Origin: Eledone cirrhosa
Lineage: Eukaryota
Length of the DNA stretch: 64,000 nt
NCBI GenBank assembly: GCA_964016885.1
Contig: OZ024741.1
Span: forward strand, 92,752,001 to 92,816,000
Direction of reading: 5' to 3'
In this document: positions 1 to 15,713 of the stretch, piece after piece
How the letters are laid out: every line of letters starts with the position of its first letter
Numbering within the stretch: position 1 is the first letter of the stretch
The notes under the pieces: model-generated
The model's input: only the letters and a program-made list of their open reading frames with translations
Databases searched by the model: none
Told to the model about the DNA's origin: nothing
Program-made: the position numbers and the translations under genes

Positions 1-770
1 TATAGTCTCCAATAAAAACACCTGCTACTTACGGCTACAAGAACTAAAGGACACACTCATAGGCAGGGACTACCCTGCATCACTAATTGACAATGGAATC
101 CAACGTGCCGTAAAACTCAGTACCCAGGACCTTAGACACCCTAAAGTAAATCAACCGAAACTAAAAGCTCTTCCATACATCTCCACACACAACCCCCTCA
201 ACAATGAGGCTTTGACACCATCCCCCAGAACATCCCTGTGTTAAAAAAGGACCATAGAATGAACCAAATCCTACGAACACACGATATCATAAAGAGCAAA
301 AGACAATCTAAGTCAATGAAAAACATCCTAACACATGCCAAAGTACTGCCAACCACAACAACGAAACCCACAGTAAAAAAATGCGATAGACCCAACTGTG
401 GCATATGCATCAACCTAATAGAGGGTTCGGAATTCTATTTCAAAGAAGGACAACGTTTTATAGTAAAACACAATTTCACATGCGCATCAGAAAATCTAAT
501 ATATGTATTAACTTGTTCAGGTTGTCGAGAACAATACATAGGCCAGACCAAAAACAGCCTCCGCCAACGCATGACAGTCCATAGATCCCAAATTAAAATA
601 CGGGAATACAGGAAAATACCACTGATTGAACACAGTGATACCTGTGCCGCCCAAAATCATCCCAACTTCAGAATCTTTCCCCTCTACAAATTTAAAGATA
701 ATTCCACCCACACCCAGCGCATCAGCAAGGAATCTCACTTTATTAACAAATACGGACCCACAACATACAC
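1..770 (+). mobile_element. Penelope-like retroelement 3' part (RT thumb remnant, Cys-rich linker, GIY-YIG endonuclease), frameshifted
   Basis: ORF 238-966 contains CDRPNCGIC...FTCASENLIYVLTCSGCREQYIGQT...RMTVHRS (GIY-YIG). Upstream frame 2 reads LIGRDYPASLI...LPYISTHNP, typical of PLE RT C-termini. Confidence 0.85.
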
Positions 771-1405
771 ACGTCAACATACATACCTACATCAGCATAC
801 ATCCTACATACATCTCTATCCACATATAAACACAATGACATACGTAAACACACATGTTCTATGGTGCAACACAAATATACACAAATTTTCATACCTTTTG
901 ATGTCTATAGATATAAACGTGCCGACACACACACATACATATACGCACACATGCATTGCACACTGATGGGCACATACATATTTGTACACAAGTATTCCAA
1001 TACGGCAAGGCCTAATGGATTCCCCTTGCAGTACGTACAATGCAGTATGGACACTCACACACACCTTGATGTTATGACAATACTATATATCATTTCACAC
1101 CTTTTATTATTAAGGTTTTTGATGTTCTATTGAGAGAATCGTTTTTACTGAAAATATCGAATAATGTACACCATTTTTACCAGTATCACAAAAATACTGG
1201 TCCACCCACACACACACACATACACACATATACACACACACACACATATATACATACACACGCGTACACTAACATACAAAGAGACACACACACACTTCTC
1301 CGTATAAGACAAGAGCTGAAAAATATCTTTTAACATGTTAAAATATCCCCCACACACGTACAGACACATTCCTACTGACCGATCCCTCTCCCACGAATTA
1401 CTCTG

Positions 1406-1459
<54 letters not shown>

Positions 1460-1472
1460 ACACACACACACA

Positions 1473-1509
<37 letters not shown>

Positions 1510-1618
1510 ACACTTGTCTTAATAGGCACCTGAACTGTTGACCTGTCAACATGACTGCAATTCACACACACATCCCTACTGACCATTATCACAACAATGA
1601 GCCTCTTTACTACTACTA

Positions 1619-1686
<68 letters not shown>

Positions 1687-2031
1687 TTGTCTTAAAAGAC
1701 TTATTTTTCAGTGACTTGTCAATCAGCCGAGAAAAACCTACATTTGGCGCAAAATCAATTTTTAACATTCACATGACCTCTACCGACCAATCAAAATTGT
1801 TTTGACCACAAGAATTTTTGCAACACGAATTGGCGCGAAACTTATTTTAATACATCTGGAGCAACTTTTTTCACATAAAACAGGTAGAATTTCCAAAACT
1901 AATCAGATTAGAGCAAACATCACGGGCGCTCTATCTCAAAATTATTTTTGAAAAGCATTAGAAATGCGCAACCGGTAAAAACTTAAAACCAAAACTGATT
2001 ATGTGAATATCTTTCATTTGTTAATATTTTG

Positions 2032-2133
<102 letters not shown>

Positions 2134-2582
2134 TTTGTGAAATGGGTGGTGGTTGAAATTCAGATGTGCACGTTTAAAAGGTAGTAGACGTCGTCGAACT
2201 GGCATGAAAATTTACACACCTATGTAAAAAGTGCCAAGGAACCAAATATACGAGGTTTCAAATCTCTAACTTGAAAAATTTGGTCCCTGGGGCCCCCAAA
2301 CTATCGCGTTCGGTGAGTTATTTCCCCCTGTTCTAATACTTTTGTCTTATTTACAATTTCATACACATTTTTAAACTCATCAACGTTCTTTCGCTGTTAA
2401 CATACAGTACCAATAATTTGAAAAATATTATTCAAAGTTTATTATAAAGAAGCAGTTTCAGGAAAAAGTGTAAACTATCATACAAATCTTCATAATATGC
2501 ATTTTTAAACTTGCATATCATCGACATTGCTATATCGCTGTTAATAAACTATCATCCTTCTACATTTAACGATCATACAGTA

Positions 2583-3162
2583 CCGTTTTATGAAATCGAT
2601 TCTGCAGTACGGTCACTGTTTTCCATCTAAAGATATAAAACCTTTGGCGATACTTGGTTTTAGTGTCCTAAATTATCATCATCAACATTCAATTATTAGC
2701 TCCACCCACCACACGATACGTCACGAAGGTAAATGTTTCGAAAAAGTTTTAAACTGTATATCGCAACAATATATTGTTTAAAGAAATTTTTTTTATGTTG
2801 TTAAAAACTGTAAATCTGTTTTTTTTTAAATGTATTTCGCAGCAATTTTTTTTCTGTTAAAAACTGTAAATAAATATTCATGTAAAAATGAAGCATAGTG
2901 TTTCGGTTAAATACATTTTTTTTTAACAGATTTACAGTTTTAAACAAAAGAAAAAAAATTTCTTTAAACAATATATTGTTGCGATATACAGTTTAAAATT
3001 TTTTCGAAACATTTACCTTCGTGACGTATCGTGTGGTGGGTGGAGCTAATAATTGAATGTCGATGATGATAATTTAGGACACTAAAACCAAGTATCGCCA
3101 AGGGTTTTATTTCTTTTGATGGAAAACAGTGACCGTACTGCAGAATCGATTTCATAAAACGG
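2583..3162. mobile_element. Foldback MITE with about 255-bp inverted arms and TA target duplication (Tc1/mariner-type)
   Basis: 2581-2837 is the near-perfect reverse complement of about 2909-3164, also visible as twin ORFs 2590+ and 2964-. Termini read TA|CCGTTTT...AAAACGG|TA. Confidence 0.8.
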
Positions 3163-3574
3163 TAGAGCTTTACTTTGTGTATCGAATTTGGTAGGCGGAA
3201 AATGTTTGGAAGTCTTATCACACACTTTGTCCCCCACAAGCTAAATGAGAATTACGTTAAGAGTAAATACGTCTGTTGAATGCTCAGCCACCACCCGTAC
3301 GTTAACTTCAGGAACTAGCTGTTCTGCTTATCAAAGAAGTTAGTCGCACTCATCGTCGCAACCGACGGAGATCATTCCATTTAGATTTGGGCAGCACACA
3401 GATGTTAGTAGCGACAGCACTGAATAATTAACGAGTGTTTCCATAAGCCTAAGTGATGAGTTCAACTCGCTTTGTGGGTGTAGGAGGTGTGTTTAGCCAA
3501 GTTAACTTACTACATAGATTATATATATATATGTATATATACATACATATATACATGCATATATATATATATAA

Positions 3575-3708
<134 letters not shown>

Positions 3709-3848
3709 CGTAAAATTTTACGTCTCTCATATTATTGTTCTGCATCCCCATGCATTGAACCACAAAGTTACTAAGACAAAACCTATATATTTGCTAGCAT
3801 AGGTATGCATCTGTATATATATGTTAGTAGATATATTAATTCTTTATA

Positions 3849-3921
<73 letters not shown>

Positions 3922-4014
3922 ATATATATACCTATATATATATATATACCTATATATGTGTGTGTGTGTATGTGTGTATGTATGTATATATATATGCATA
4001 CATACTTATATACA

Positions 4015-4051
<37 letters not shown>

Positions 4052-4052
4052 A

Positions 4053-4090
<38 letters not shown>

Positions 4091-4091
4091 A

Positions 4092-4171
<80 letters not shown>

Positions 4172-4238
4172 TAGGTAGTACGGTGAAATACTGGTGTTGC
4201 TACCAAATCAACCACTCTATACACAGGCAGAATGTATA

Positions 4239-4554
<316 letters not shown>

Positions 4555-5439
4555 ATGAAATCGAAAATGCAACTGGAGTCTTATTTTTTTTTTAAATATA
4601 TATATTTATTTGGTTCCTTTACCGGTTTCGCAGTTCTTCTGCTTTTCAAAAGTAGAGTTGAGATGGGGGGTCTGTGGTTTTTCTCACATCTGGTTGGTCT
4701 CTGAATGTTACTTGTTTTATATTGAAAAAGTGGCTCGAAATGCCAGGTTTTTCGAGAAGAAATTTGATTGGTTGGTCAATAATTATAATAAATTTCGCGC
4801 CAGTTCGCGTTACAATAGTTCTTCAAATAAGAGGGGGGTGTCACAGGTTGTTTTTTCATATATGAGTGTTTGAATTTCTTTTTACTTGAAAAAAGAGGCT
4901 CACGAAGGCTTTTTTTTTTTTTAAAAAGCCTTTGTGAGCCCCTTTATATATATATATATATATAAACAAATAAGACAGTTACTTTAGTCCATCCCTATTT
5001 ATTCTATTATACGTATTTCAAAGATCTATGGCTTATGTATAACATCAGTCAAATATGTTCTCATCAGATAAAATTCACAGGAGATGTAAATATCCTTTGA
5101 TATGCTAGCGGTCAGACGAGTTATTCAGTTCAGTGACCGGCCAACATATGCCTGAAAAAATGTCAATGTAATAGATATTGTATGAGTGGGGAAAATATTT
5201 CACAGTTGGCCTTGCTGTTTTTCAACTGTCTGGGGTGTCAGGTTACAGGATTGGTCAATTAGTTCAAAGGATACCATGTAAGGACTGTTCGTCTATTTTT
5301 TCTTTTAAATTTAAGATATTTAATTCATCGATGCTGAATTTATAATGTAATTATATATTAAAGAAAAATTAAATTACTAATTTATAGTCTATTTTTAAAA
5401 ATCGGCTGATTTTAAATCAAACAACTTTTTCTAATTGAA

Positions 5440-5528
<89 letters not shown>

Positions 5529-5723
5529 CATGAAGACTAATCATTAAGGTATAACATTCATCAGCAACAGAACAGCATTATCATACTGATTCTCGTCATC
5601 ATTATCATGGTTAACTTTGCTTTTCATCCTTACCGGGTCGATAAAATAAAGTACCAGTAATGTACTGGGTAATTGCTGGCCTTGTGCCAAAAGTAGAAAC
5701 AATTACCATTATAACCACCACAT

Positions 5724-5912
5724 GGTGGTGGATTGGCAGTATCGGTAGAGGGCCTGACGCATGCTTTGCTGCAAAGAGTTACAGTCCTTTATGGTCTGAG
5801 TTCAAATCTCGCTGAGGTTAACTTTGCCTTTCATCCTTAGGGGATCAATAAAATAAAGTACCAGTAATGTACTGGGTAATTGCTGGCCTTGTGCCAAAAG
5901 TGGAAACAATTA
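5724..5912 (+). mobile_element. tRNA-derived SINE (octopus-type family); a second 3' half lies at 5609-5703
   Basis: A-box-like TGGCAGTATCGGTAG and B-box GAGTTCAAATC. The body GGTTAACTTTGCCTTTCATCC...AAAATAAAGTACCAG...GGCCTTGTGCC recurs more than 10 times in the window. Confidence 0.8.
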
Positions 5913-5929
5913 TAATTGTTTCTACTTAT

Positions 5930-6200
5930 AATTATCATTATAACCACCACAACCACCATCATCATCATCACCTCCACAACCATCATCAGCACCACAACCA
6001 TCATCATCACCACTACTACCATCATCACTTCCACAACCATCATAATCAACACCACTACCATCATCATCACCACTTCTACCATCATCATCATCTTCACTAC
6101 CATTATCATGCTCATCATCGCCATCACTCCCATCATCATCATCATCGTCATCATCATCATCATCGTCGTCGTTGTCATCGCCGTCGTCATCATCAGCAGC
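5930..6200. repeat. (CAT/CAC)n trinucleotide microsatellite
   Basis: Imperfect CAT/CAC repeats give spurious poly-His, poly-Ile and poly-Asp ORFs. Confidence 0.9.
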
Positions 6201-6462
6201 AATAGCAGTAAGGAAGCCTCTACTGGTCACTCGACCTGCATCGAAATATCAGCCAAATTTCCCTCAAATCACACACTACCATCTTTTTTAAAGAAAGTGA
6301 AGGCACATGCATGGTTAACTAGTTCACTATGCAAACAGGGGTTTCGAGTTCAATCCCACTGCATGGCACCTTCAAAAATGGTCCTTGACTATAGCATCGG
6401 GTTGACTAATGCCTTATGAGTGAAATTTGGCAAACTGGATATTTGGAAACTCATCGTGTATT

Positions 6463-6720
<258 letters not shown>

Positions 6721-7639
6721 TGTCCTGTAACTTAACGATTCGGTAAAAAAATATTAATGAAATATGTAGTGGGATCGATATGATCGAGTAAATCTCTTCA
6801 GAGCGGGTACTCCAACATGACCGCACTCTAATGGCTGAAACCAGTAAAAGAGTAGTCTATGGAACACTATATTTAAAATACATATATATATAAATAAATA
6901 AATCACTGTGCAAGGAGAACCGGAATGCCTTTGATCATAGGTCTGCTAGAACCAACCTGATCTGAGGTTAAACAACAACAACGATTAAAGAAAGTCTGGT
7001 CAAAGAGCAGAGCATTTCAGTAAATGGTATGAGACAAGATCTGAGCTCAAAATATCAATTCGTTTCGTTAGATTTAACTTTGGAGTAGCAAGGCGGGAGT
7101 CTATATGTATAATAATATCCAATTACAACGGAATTGAATCCACCCACATCCACCCTCATCTACCCCAAATATTGACCTTTCATCTAGTTGACATTTACGC
7201 AACATTTGCAAAACAACTTTGTTTATCATCTATCCACTTGAATCTGGCTTAGGATGTGATGTGTATTAATATATCACTTGTGTGTGAATGCGCGCGTGTG
7301 TGTGTCACTTGTCTCCTGGGCTCTGTAGCTTGTGTGTGCGTGTGCGCGTATGTGTGTATACGTGGGTATGTGTGTGTGCGTGTGTATGTACGTGTATGTG
7401 TGTGTTTGATTATTATACATTAGTAATCGCGTTCTTAATATATAACGTTTGTACTTTTAGGTATAGGCGTATGATGGGTTCAAATTACAGTGTTTCCCAG
7501 CAAAACAGACATCTCCCATATCAATGAAGCCAGGCAAAATACATAATGTAATATGGTTGAGAGGTCGCTGTGGTACTTACTTATGATTGTGTATTTATAG
7601 TGTAACAGGCAATCAACCCACGGCAGCATCAAAATTGAA

Positions 7640-10600
7640 ATGATGGACAAGCAATCCCAAGATTCTTTACTCAATCAAGGGTACACTGATCTCAATGGAG
7701 ATTTTAAAGAGAGTAGAGTGGAAGCTTTCATTTTTAATAACAAGTCCACATCACACTACTACAGAAGCTGACCTGTAAAAAAATGATGCTACTAAGGCAA
7801 AATGCCACAAATGCAATAAACCCCAGCTCGATAACAAACACTATTTAACTAAGAACAACACAACAATGACCACAGTACCAGAAAACCAAAGTCTGAACAG
7901 CAATGTACCCATTAATAACCAAAAATGCTCAGAACTAAGGGCTTCAAAAATTGGCTAAAAAACAAACACTGGAATTGTATTAAAACCTTTATGGCTGAAC
8001 ATTTGACATATTCCTCTTTCAAGAACCCCTGCTACATTACTTGAACCTGTACAAAAAGGAATTCACAGAATTCTCTTTTTTTTATATCCAATACAAGTTA
8101 TCATGGAGCATCAAGGTGCCTCACGGTGATTTGATCAGAACTAATCTCTAAATTAGACATAATACAAAGGAAATGTAACTCCATAGATATTGTGTTTATG
8201 TACATCAGGAAATTAGACTTTTATGTAATAAATATTTATGATACCCACCCACCCCGCCAAAAGTACAGAGACAATAACAAAAATTGAAGACTTCCTAGAT
8301 ACATCTAATCCATAAAGCAAAACGTTAATTTCAGGGGACTTCAATTCACACCATCCATTCTGGAATACTAATACCAGGAAAAACAGTATGCAAGAAGAAG
8401 AATATATCTTAGAGGTTATGAATAAACACAGCTTTATTCTACATATATCACCAGACTCCTCTACCTACAGACATTTTAACAACAGAACCTCAACTTTAAA
8501 CCATTTGTAGTCTTCTCTCTCAGTTTCTCCGTTTATAGAAACCTGGGAATTAAGCCACGGTATGGATCTAGGATTGGATCATGCCACCAACACTTTTAAT
8601 ATTGCAATTCCTATAACCAACGAAAACCTGAGCTATTGTCAAACACACCAAATAAAGCCTAAAGTAAGAAAATATTAATTTCACAAAACTGATTGGATTA
8701 AGTTTACTAATTACTTAGAAGCAGAACTATCACGCCACAACAAATTTTACAATGTTCAATCAGCTGAAGAGCTAAAAGCAAGTCTACAAATATCTATCAA
8801 CAAAATACAGGATAAATCACAAAGAAAGTACCTTTTACGTATTTCGATCCAAATAAAAATAACAGCAATAAGGATAACAACTACAATAGAGCATGGTGGA
8901 GTGAAGAACTAAAACAACTAAGAAATGAAATGACCCAGCCATTAAAAAAATGGAAATACCATTCTACAGATTACAATTATGAAAGATATAAAAGACTAAA
9001 GAAAAGGTTTAAAAGGCAAATAAAACAAGCCAAAAATTATTTCTGGGCTAGCAAAGCTAACCTGGAGTCCATGGGCGATATATGGAACTGATACAACTCA
9101 ATGATCAAACCCAACACCCCCAAAACAAATCAAGAACTATTGATACATGATCATAATAGTGAGGTAATCTCACACACTTCCAAAGTCTTTTTGCTATTTA
9201 CAGAATCGTTTTTTGACAACGCTTCGTCTACATAATCTACTTCCCATTACAAAACTTCTGATCCTCTCACTCCAAACGTAGATTCCCCTTCTATTATTGA
9301 ACAAGAAATACGAGCAGTTGGGGACGAGTTGAAAATAGAAACGGCCACAGGCCCCGATGGTATATCAAATTTAATCATCAATGAACTTGGAGTGTAATAC
9401 ATGAAATAGTGCTAAACTTATTCAATAGTATAATTAAATTCCAACATCATCCAGATATATGGAAATTTACTCACACGTTATTAATACAGAAACCAAATGA
9501 GGATAACTACTACCCTACTAGATCATACCGTCCAATAGCTTTACTAAGCAATCTTTCTAAAATGCTAGAACAAATCATAGGCAATAGATTATCTTACTTA
9601 GGAGAGTCAATGAACATTTCCCAAAATCCCAATTCGGATTTCGAGTGAATAAAAGCACTGAGAAGTGTGTACATGATATAACCACATTCATCAGAAACTC
9701 AAAACATAAGGTTACAATCTGACTTGAAATGGGAAACTCAATTGACTTCAACGTGGCATGCAATTAAAGAAATTTCAAAGAAATTCCACTGCCTAACATA
9801 CAACCACTTGAGACTGTATAATAAGAGAGTCATCAACGCTCAATTGTTGTATGGCAGCTGGGTTTGGCGATATACAAGTACCAGCAATCTTCAAGCTATT
9901 GATAGATTCCGTATCCAAATTGGCAAAACTATATTTGGATGTCTAAGATCTACTCCCAAGATAGCGATTTTTCATGAAGCAGGGTTAACCCCAACTAACT
10001 TGTTGATAGAAGAGTCAAGGAAACGCAAATTTCTAACTGCTTAGTTTAAATTCAAATGAAAACAACATTATACTTAGATTCCTTCATGGGTAGAACAATT
10101 AAAATCGTTTGAAATAATGATCAAAAACACAAAAGAGGAAGTAAAAGAACTCCATAACATTATCACACAGTATATCTCTTTTAACAGCTAGGTCTACTAC
10201 ACAGATGGGACGCATTCAGACAAGAGAGTGGGTTGTGGAGCTACTTGGTATTTCAAAAATAATTACAGGTATGAACTTCAGATTACATCAGGATTACATA
10301 ATATTTGATGCAGAATGGTGGGGAATTACATTATCCATAGATTCGGCTAAGGAATTACCCCGGGAAATGGTTTTCTATTTACTGATAGTCTATCGAACCT
10401 AGAATTGTTTCAGTCAAGAAAACAGGGTCGACTTAGATATATTGAGAATGCTCTGCTAAAAATAGATAACTACCTCCCAGAAAATAATAAAGAAATAACA
10501 GTGATTTGGATACCGGACCATACAGATATAAGAGGAAATAGGAAAGCAGACGAGTTAGTAAAAGAGGGAGCATAAAACGAAATAATAGATATAGACTACA

Positions 10601-11222
10601 TCCCAAATCTTTCGCAGGTAAAATCATTTAACGACATACAATTAGTCAAGGGTGGAAAACGTTTATGGCAGAATCCAAAGATAAGCTCACAAATTTCAGT
10701 CCTCCACTTTCTGAACAAAGATTTGACAACATTCAAAACTTATCGATCATTGAGTAATGCAATTAAAAAAGACTATGCTGGCTTCGAACTGTCATATACC
10801 TTTGAACTACATTCTATCAAGAACAGGTCGTAGAGATTCATCTCTATGTTCTTGTGGTGACTTTACAGAAACTCTTTGGCATTATTTGTTCCATTGTAGA
10901 AACTAACAGTCTGAGAGAGAATCCCTATTGAAACCAATCTTTAAAAAAACTACCAAGATTGGAAGTTCAATATATGGTTAAAGGTCTACCAAATATAAAC
11001 AAAATATTTGAGTACATAGAAGCTATGAAAAGATTGAACAACAGAAACTTCTGTTTTACAGTTTCCTTTGTTTCCTATTTTCCTTTTCTTGTTCGTTTCC
11101 TTATGCATAATTACTTGTCCCACTAGCTCTTTTTGATTACCAACTGTAAGGAGTACTCGATACTTCCCCTAGTCTATCTTGGTTTACTAGCTCTATACGG
11201 ACGTTGGATTAAATAAATAATT
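7640..11222 (+). mobile_element. Degenerate non-LTR retrotransposon with APE, partial RT, RNase H and C-terminal CCHC (I/Nimb/R1-like group)
   Basis: Motifs seen: LISGDFNSHHPFWN (~8330), ATGPDGISN (~9345), SYRPIALLSNLSKMLEQII (~9525), YYTDG / IFDAE / WIPDHTDIRGNRKADEL (RNase H, 10195-10560) and CSCGDFTETLWHYLFHC (~10850). Many stops; the central RT (YADD) region appears deleted. Confidence 0.8.
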
Positions 11223-11439
11223 ACTAAACAGTGGTATTGGTATTGATGAAAGACAGTGCTTTAGCAATGTTGATTTCAGTTAATATTGCTGCTGATTTTT
11301 AGCAGTCATAACACCTGGCGCCCTGAGTTCCCAAACCACCCACCTCGGAGATGGCCATTCGCAAGAAGTATCCCCTCAAGTTGAACTGGCTCAAGCAGTT
11401 ATGCCCAGCGGGTAACGCATTCACAATTCTACCCAGTAG

Positions 11440-12118
11440 GACAGTGTAATGGAGTGTAGAATAGTATAGAGTATTACAATGTAGGGTAGTGTGGACTATA
11501 ACAGTGTAGAGTAGTGTAAATTATGACAGTGTAATGTAGTGTAGAGTAGGATTTTGTAGAGTATGGCAGTATAATGTAGTGTGAAGCAGGGCTGTATAGT
11601 GTATGGCAGTGTAATGTAGTGTAGAGTGGGGCAGTGTAGAGTAGACGGTGTCGAGTATAACAGTGTAGAGTAGTGTAGATTACGACAGTGTAATGTAGTG
11701 TAGAGTAGGACTTTGTAGGGTGTAGCAGTATAGTGTAGTGTATGGCAGGGCTGTGTAGTGTATGGCAGTCTAATGTAGTGTAGAATAGTGTAGAGTACGA
11801 TTGTGTAGAGTATAACAGTGTAGAGTGGTGTAGATTATGACAATGTAATGTAGTGTAGAGTAATACTGTGTAGAGTATGGCATAGTCATGTAGTATAGAG
11901 TAATATAAATTAGAACAGTGTAATGTAGTGTAGAGTAATGTAAAGTATTGCAGTATAATGTAGTGTAATGTAAAGTAGGACAGTGTAATGTAGTTTAACG
12001 TAATGTAAAATAGTATAGTGTAATGTAGGGTAGTGTAGTACGGTGCAGTATAATGTGTATAGTATAATGTAATATAGAGAACATGTGTTGTATACCGTAG
12101 TGTAATAAATGTAGTAAC
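11440..12118. repeat. Degenerate GTGTA-based pentamer satellite with higher-order repeat units
   Basis: Repeated GTGTA/GAGTA/ATGTA pentamers. Confidence 0.85.
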
Positions 12119-12449
12119 GAGTACTCTTAGTAGTTGAGAGGTGGGTTATGTCAACTGACTGATCTATTTCGATTTCTTTTCTTTTCCTGTGAAATAAAAA
12201 GGGAGGTGGACCAACATCTGTTTCGACGATGTCTGTATGTTCCAGTTGTTCAATCAACCGAACAGCCTCTTCATAAAATTAACGTGTAAGTGGCTGAACA
12301 TTCTCCAGACACGGGTGTCCTAAATGTATTTCTTATGGTAATTCAGGATATGACAAGGATGGCCCTTTGAATTACAATGATGGGCCTCCAAATATTTGAG
12401 AATGTCATGTATACTGCCTCTACTCTTTCAACTAAAGAATAATAATGAT

Positions 12450-12922
12450 TTGTACTATAGGCACAATACCAGCAATTTGGTAGGGGGAGGGGGGATTAAA
12501 TCGACCCCAGTGCATTACTGGTTCTTTATTTTATCGCCCTCGTAAGGATGAAAGGCAATGCTAACCTCGACGGGATTTAAACTCAGAACGTAAAGGGACG
12601 TAACTATGCCGCGAAGCATGGTGTCCGACGCTCTACCGATACTGCTAATCTACCACCAATAATAATAATAACAACAATAACAAAAACAGCAACAAGATCA
12701 ATAATAATGGTTTCTTATATAGGCACAAGGCCAGCAATTTTGGGGAGGGGAAAGTCGATTAAATCAATCCCAGTGCGTGATTGATACTTTATTTATCGAC
12801 CCCGTAAGGATGAAAGGCAAAGTTAACCTCGGCGGGATTTGAACTCAGACCATAAAGGGGCGTAACTCTTTGCTGCAAAGCAAGGCGTCCGACCCTCTAC
12901 CGACACTGCCAATCCACTACGC
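12450..12922 (-). mobile_element. Two tandem tRNA-derived SINE copies with (AAT)n tails
   Basis: Reverse complements of the 5724 family at about 12450-12658 and 12706-12922. Confidence 0.8.
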
Positions 12923-12954
12923 TATCAAGATCAATAATAATAACAATAATATAC

Positions 12955-13295
12955 TCTAGTCAAAGACCACAAAGAAATCCCATCTGATTGAAGTATCAAT
13001 CTCCACAGTCAAGGATATAGAGAAAATACCCAAATATAAAGATCTAGAGATAGAAATAGTCCGAATAATAATAGGTGCTCTGGAAATGGCTAAAAAAACA
13101 CATATATAGATAAATAACTAAATTCCCAGGACTTACATAGAGAAAATAGCACTACTAGGCACTGCACGCATAATATAAAGTGTATTCTCAATACAGTAGA
13201 AACCAATAGCACCAAAATCAACACTGCACTTATCCAAGGCACACAGAGCTGTGCTCAGTAATGTAGTGACCTCAGACAATAAAAGTAAAACTAAT
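12955..13295 (+). mobile_element. 3' fragment of a restriction-like-endonuclease (R4/NeSL-type) non-LTR element
   Basis: Translates to LIEVSI...KYKDLEIEI..IIIGALE...KIALLGTARII, the RLE C-terminal signature. Confidence 0.65.
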
Positions 13296-14289
13296 GATTT
13301 TTTTTAACTTCGGAAAGATGAAAGGCAAAGTTGACCTCTGTGGGATTTGAACTCATAACGTAAATAAAATAGGATAAATACCGCAATATGTTTCGTCCGA
13401 TGTTTTATTAATGATAATTACGAATAATGCGTACAGCTATTCGAGTTGAAAAAATATTGTTCGTTGTTGTGTTAACACTTTAACAGTGGGAATGCTGTTG
13501 TTTTACCGGTTATACAGCTTTTACACACCACTACTGATTAAAATAGGTTTTATTCCTTGGTGGGTTTTTCAAAACCAATTATAATTAGTTTACCGCTTAT
13601 CGATCTTAGAAGTGGACAGTAGGAAAATGACAGAGAATGATCGAATATGATAATATCATCATCATCATCATTATAATTTTAAACAAGAAAAGAAAGAAAG
13701 AAAGAGAAAAAGCCGATATTATCTGCCGGTTGCATCTCCTGGCAGAAGTATCGCTGCTTTTTCTTGTAATAGAAGGTGGGATTTGATATCAGAACGCACA
13801 AAGCTGGAACTGGTACCGGGAGGCATGCCGTTCAACTCTTTAACAATTCCACCAATCCACACCCCTGGATTGGCACTTTATTTATGGACTCCCCCCACCT
13901 CCACTCTCACCCCGAAAGAATGAAAGGCTAAGTTGACCTCGATGGGATTTGAATTCAGAGCGCAGAGACCCTGAACAAACAAATATCGAGACATTCAATC
14001 CGACGCTCCAGCGACTATGGTATTTCATCGCAATTAAAATAAATGAACATCTAAAATTTGTTGATCTTAATAATTTTATAGAATAATGTGTGATGAACTG
14101 GCAGAATTGGTAAGACGTCAGATGAAATGACATTGCCGCGTTCGTTCAGAGTTCAAACCTCGCCAAGATTAATTTTGTATTTTATCCTTTTGTGGTTCAT
14201 TTATTCAACGTTTCCCTTTACCCAAAAGGTTTTTGTTCCTTAAATTTAAAATCAATAAATTTCACAGAATAACAATGAAAATTCTTATT

Positions 14290-14620
14290 CACTGAACATT
14301 TTGCATTAAAGACCATGAATGACCATGGGATTTGCACCTTGAAAGTTTCCTTTTTGGAGTACATGTCCAGGCAAGGTGTTTTTTGTGGAAGCCCAGCGGT
14401 CGCCCATGCATACTAGTCTCCCTTCTCTGTGCCTCTGATATTATCCAAGTCCGATACAGCTTGGCACCAGTGACATGGCAACTCGTTTCTACAACTGAGA
14501 GAACTGAAGCAACATGAAATAAAGTGCCTTGCTCAAGAACACAACACATCACCCGGCCCGAGAATCGAACTCAAAATCGTGAGATTGTGAATCCGACGCT
14601 CTAACCATGAAGCCATATCA
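14290..14620 (-). mobile_element. Second SINE family; related copies at about 18200-18515, 28020-28312, 28570-28770 and 36060-36330
   Basis: Copies share GAAATAAAGTGCCTTGCTCAAGAACACAAC...GAATCGAACTC...CTAACCA, the reverse complement of tRNA A/B boxes plus a conserved core. Confidence 0.7.
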
Positions 14621-14665
14621 TGATCAAACATTAACTGAACAATTCTTTGTGTGTGCGTGTGTGTA

Positions 14666-14709
<44 letters not shown>

Positions 14710-14728
14710 GAGAGAGAGAGAGAGAGGG

Positions 14729-14795
<67 letters not shown>

Positions 14796-15344
14796 GCCAT
14801 TGAGAATTCCAGTGCCTTCGGTCCTGAATGATCATTTCTCTCCACCAAATCGGGACAACAGCATCACAACTGAGGAAGAAGCCTCACGGGTGGAAAGGCT
14901 GATACATCAAGTATCGCTGGCTGTTCTCCACTACAACACTTTCGTTAGCTAATCCGTAGGGTGCAGCTGAAACATGCCGTCAAAACCAAGGGTTAGTGAC
15001 TTCCCCCTTCCCCGCTTCTTCTGCCCTTTTTTCTTTCCTTTTTTCTTTTTTTTTTCTTTCTTCTTGTCATTCATAAATAAGTAGCTACTTTTTATTGATT
15101 TCTAATTTTGGCACCGGGCCAGCAATTCTGGAGGGAACGGAAAGTCGATTATATCTACACCAGTACATGACTGGTACTTTATTTTATCGACCCCGAAAGT
15201 ATGAAAAGCAATGTTGACCTCAGCGGGATTTGAACTCAAGACGTAAAGAGTTTGAACAAATACCACAAAGCGTTTTTCTGACTCTGTAAAGATACTACAA
15301 ATCCACTGCTCTAAGCAGGTACTTTATAACAGGAAATCATTTAA

Positions 15345-15713
15345 ACAATTACTACATAAACCATTGACTATTATTCATGATCTCTTTTTTTTTTTATCAT
15401 AGTCCATCTTAGTGAAACATATGCCTCTGAATATTCACGTTATTCAGAGCAACAAGTTCTATTAAGATCGTTATGTAATGTCACTGTGACAAAAGCAGTG
15501 TAACCAGAGTTTCTAGTTTTCATACTAGACAATTACTATATAAACCATTGACTATTATTCGGGATCACTTTTTTTTTATCATTGTCCATCTTAGTGAAAC
15601 ATATGCCTCTCAATGTTCACGTTATTCAGAGCAACAAGTTCTGCTAAGTTCGTTATGTAATGTCACTGTGACAAGGCAGTGTAAACAGAGTTTCTCGTTT
15701 TCATACTAGACAA
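15345..15713. repeat. Tandem duplication, 2 copies of about 184 bp
   Basis: ACAATTACTA.ATAAACCATTGAC...TTTTCATACTAGAC starts at both 15345 and 15529. Confidence 0.9.

Noticed and set aside
5000-5300. Possible further GIY-YIG remnant (QRIPCKDC)
   Set aside because: Only one short motif is recognisable; too decayed to call.
5724-5830. tRNA gene (A and B boxes)
   Set aside because: No cloverleaf; this is the head of a multi-copy SINE.
5837-6419. His-rich, Asp-rich and Met-rich ORFs
   Set aside because: All frames translate a (CAT/CAC)n microsatellite, and the ORF starts lie in a SINE.
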